From Zootoca vivipara (Eukaryota), in assembly GCF_963506605.1 (NCBI RefSeq), contig NC_083282.1, positions 23,498,001-23,562,000 of the forward strand: a DNA stretch of 64,000 nt, written 5' to 3'. Both the position numbers and the translations under genes were made by a program. The notes below the pieces were generated by a model. That model worked only from the letters and a program-made list of their open reading frames with translations. It was not told where the DNA came from and searched no databases. Of this stretch, positions 60,734-64,000 are shown in pieces; the stretch's first letter is position 1, and every line of letters starts with the position of its first letter.

Positions 60734-61103
60734 ATCCTCTGAACTATATGTTTAAAGCAGCATTATGCCACTTTTAGCAGCTATGGCTTCCCTCAAAGAT
60801 TCTTGGAAGCTGTACTTTGTTAAGGGTGCAGGGAGACCCCCTATCCTCCTCCCAGAGTGGTTTGACAATCATTCCCTCTTCTCAAGGAACTGGGAATTCA
60901 AGATTTTGGTTCTCCTTTCCCACCAGTGTGAGGAGATCACAAAGGTCCTCTTGTTAGCTCTTCGCCTGTTTTGCACAGGAGACAAATATACCTAGCTCTG
61001 CAACGCTAACATCCAGGCTGGGTGTAACCAGCAAAGAGAAGCAAGGTGACTTGCATACGAATTTGATCAGATAGTGGCAGTGAGACGTCCTGTCGGTAAC
61101 ATC

Positions 61104-61174
61104 TGGCTGATGGTTCAGTGGTGGAATTCTCGCCTGCCACATGGGAGACGCGGGGTTGAGTCCTGGCCAATGCA
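61104..61174 (+). pseudogene. tRNA-Gly(GCC) pseudogene
   Basis: Colinear with vertebrate tRNA-Gly-GCC (TGGTTCAGTGGT.GAATTCTCGCCTGCCAC...GGCCAATGCA) but the 5' acceptor strand, anticodon stem and T-loop (GTTGAGT) are mutated. Confidence 0.85.
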
Positions 61175-61199
61175 ACAGCGTGATGCATTCGAAAGGGCT

Positions 61200-61322
61200 C
61201 GCCTGCTTTGCATGCAAAAAATGCCAGGTTCAATCCGTGGCAGGTAGGACTAGGAAGGAATCCTACCTAAAACCCCGGAAAGTCCCTGCCAGTAAGTGTC
61301 GATAACATTGAGCAAGATGGTC
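61200..61322 (+). mobile_element. Squam3-like SINE fragment
   Basis: TGCTTTGCATGCA...GGTTCAATCC head and conserved body. Confidence 0.7.
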
Positions 61323-61620
61323 TGGCTATGCTCTGCCTCCATGGCAATATGGTTCTGAGTACCAGTTGCTGGAAACTGCAAGAGGGGAGAGTGCTCTCGT
61401 GCTCAGGTCCATGCATGTGGTTAGCCACTGTGAGAAGAGGATGCTGGACTAACTGCGGTGTTGGCCTGATCCTGCAGGCACTCCATATGTTCCAAATCTG
61501 ATGACCCGCACACTGGTCATTTATAAAAGGAAAAGCATCAGCTCAAGGCTAAGCCATGCAACCAACATCAGGTGTAGCTCAGTTTTATGGAGTCATCTCC
61601 AGTCCTTTGCCTATTTAAAA

Positions 61621-62211
61621 GGTTAATTCTGTGTCCAGGGCAGCTGTCTAGCAGCTCCATCTGGTATGCAGGCTGAGACCCTACCTGCCCATGGACTCTC
61701 TCACCAGAGTGGTGCATGCTCTAGTTATCTCCAGCTTGGACTACTGCAATGCACTCTACATGGGGCTACCTTTGAAGGTGACCCGGAAACTGCAACTAAT
61801 CCAGAATGTGGCAGCTAGACTGGTGACTGGGGGTGGCCACCCAGAACGTATAACACCAGTCCTGAAAGACCTACATTGGCTCCCAGTACGTTTCCAAGCA
61901 CAATTCAAAGTGTTGGTACGGACCTTTAAAGCCCTAAACAGCCTCGGCCCTGTATACCTGAAGGAGCATCTCCACCCCCCATTGTTCAGCCCGGGCACTG
62001 AGGTCCAGCTCCAAGGGCCTTCTGGCAGTTCCCTCTCTACAATAAGTGAAGCTATTGGGAACCAGGCAGAAGGCCTTCTCGGTAGTGGCGCCAGCCCTGT
62101 GGAATGCTCTCCCATCAGATGTCAATGAAATAAACAACTACCTGACTTTTAGAAGACATCTGAAGGCAGCCCCGTTTAGGAAAGTTTTTAATGTTTGATG
62201 TTTTATTGCTG

Positions 62212-62254
<43 letters not shown>

Positions 62255-62316
62255 GGGAGCTGCCCAGAGTGGCTGGGGAAACCCAGCCAGATGGACAGGG
62301 TATAAATAAATAATAA

Positions 62317-62363
<47 letters not shown>
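61621..62363 (+). mobile_element. L2 LINE 3' fragment with (ATT)n tracts
   Basis: VVHALVISSLDYCNALYMGLP...ITPVLKDLHWLPVRFQAQFKVL; 3' UTR and tail. Confidence 0.96.
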
Positions 62364-62364
<1 letters not shown>

Positions 62365-63509
62365 GTAAGCATTCTGAATAAACTTGCTTGCAACAGCTTG
62401 ATCACGTTGACTACTGTAAGGGTTCAGAGGACTTTCAGGCAACGATTGCGTTTTACGTTGCACTATGTACAAAGCCCTCGTATGCAGATCTTTCTGTCTC
62501 TGTGTCGCTACGTCTCGGTAAAGCAAACCTCTGGAGCCTCTCTCTCCGCATGACACATTCTCCTAAAGTGTGCATTTTAAAGCGATGGCTTTTCCATAGC
62601 CATCGTGGCCGTTTTGAGTCCGTTTGACTTTCGGAGTCCCAACGCTTTGCCACGCTACTCCCAGAACATTTGGAAAGTCTCTAAAGCTTTTAAGGGATGG
62701 GGAAGGAAGGGGGTGGGAAACTGTTGCATGGGCTTTGTAGATGCAACTGACCACAGTTCACTGGAATCAGCCCGATCAGATAAATAAAATGAAAGCGGAC
62801 ATTTCTGGAGATTATCTTGAAAGCTTTCCATTAGACTGTACCAGGGGTATTCGCTAACAACAGCCAAGCGTCCTGGCTGAGGTATAGAGCAACCCTTTGC
62901 CAATCCTAGCATGCATCTTCTAGATATCTTATTTGTATCTGTTTACCTAATTCAGTTGATATCCAGTAAAGATATTGGGAGTGGGGTGGGGGGGAGTAGT
63001 AGGAGTTGTATTTGCCAGAAGTATTATTTTATTACAATACGAAGACATCAATATTTTGACAGAAAGTGCAGCAGTGAAATATTCAGATTGGAACAAAGAA
63101 CATGCATTAGGGAGAATAGTTGATCCTTAGGAATGAAAGCCCAACAAGGCATTCAGACATTGATAAGAAACACATTGGAAAACAAAAATAAACTATTCCT
63201 AGCAGGACTTGATTTATAACACAGAACACAACTACTTTATAATATGATCATGGGACATGCAGGAAGTACAAAGCAATGCTGCTACATAGGAACATGAATC
63301 CCTCCCGAAACATAATTATAAACGAGCCCCTTGCATATGTACAGTATCTCAAGCACACATCCAAAATCAATGACTGTTTCTCTCTCTTGCAGAAACACAC
63401 CAAGTCAAAAGCGGAGTGTGCGTGTTTCACACAAGGACTTGGAACAATGTATGGCCACCTCTGTTAGGAATGCAGCCTTTTGTGACTATGCATTACAAAT
63501 CAAAGCAAA

Positions 63510-63710
63510 ATAAAAAGGAATCCTTCCAGTAGCACCTTAGAGACCAACTGAGTTTGTCATTAGTATGAGCTTTCGTGTGCATGCACACTTCTTAAGTGTG
63601 CATGTACATGAAAGCTCATACCAATGACAAACTTAGCTGGTCTCTACTGGAAGGATTTTTTTAATTTTGTTTCGCCTATGGCAGACCAACATGGCTACCT
63701 AACTGCAACT
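63510..63710. mobile_element. Penelope-like pLTR fold-back insertion
   Basis: Palindrome centred near 63592; homologous to 26312-26598; 13-bp TSD AAATCAAAGCAAA (63497-63509, 63711-63723). Confidence 0.85.
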
Positions 63711-63869
63711 AAATCAAAGCAAATGTTTCAGCTAATTTTTGAGGCTACATTGTTTCTGTTAAGAAGCCTGACCAACTCTGAACCTTAAGGTTCACTGAGA
63801 TATATTCCATAAAAAGGATGAAGGTTGCATTCAAAATTCCAAACCGTGTGTTATGGGTTTGGCATCGGC

Positions 63870-63870
<1 letters not shown>

Positions 63871-63904
<34 letters not shown>

Positions 63905-64000
63905 TTATTGTTTATACTCTGCCCATCTGGCTGGGTTTCCCAAGCCACGCTGGGTGGCTTCCAGCAAAACATAAAAAATAATAAAATGCCAGACATTAAA
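63871..64000 (-). mobile_element. L2 3' tail (continues beyond window)
   Basis: Reverse complement of the L2 3' UTR at 62250-62363. Confidence 0.85.

Noticed and set aside
61104-61174. Functional tRNA-Gly gene (also the tRNA-like heads at 24645 and 45750)
   Set aside because: Broken acceptor/anticodon stems and B-box; the other two continue into CR1-type SINE tails.
62203-62556. Poly-I/L/N/V ORFs here and elsewhere
   Set aside because: They are translations of trinucleotide microsatellites.

Overview
Vertebrate nuclear DNA, almost certainly a squamate reptile and probably a lacertid lizard. The basis is Sauria SINEs, BovB-type RTE, CR1, L2, L1, Penelope and tRNA-SINE families typical of lizards. 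The window is mostly intronic or intergenic and is dense in transposon fragments and microsatellites. Nearly all ORFs in the supplied track are spurious or retroelement pieces. No complete host gene can be named, but splice-bounded open exons on the minus strand (58040-58101, 40808-40957, possible last exon from 28808) suggest an unidentified host gene. The most notable observation is two unrelated non-autonomous hAT elements, each with TIRs and a perfect 8-bp TSD, that carry GC/CpG-rich host-like cargo. One (3614-4139) carries 13 codons matching the start of the LASP1 LIM domain plus promoter-like DNA. The other (55848-56408) carries a complete 63-nt exon-like segment with both splice sites and a large hairpin. 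These are candidate gene-fragment-shuttling 'Pack-hAT' elements. A Penelope insertion also carries a minimal hammerhead ribozyme motif. Family names come from recalled consensus sequences, not database searches, and boundaries without TSDs are approximate.
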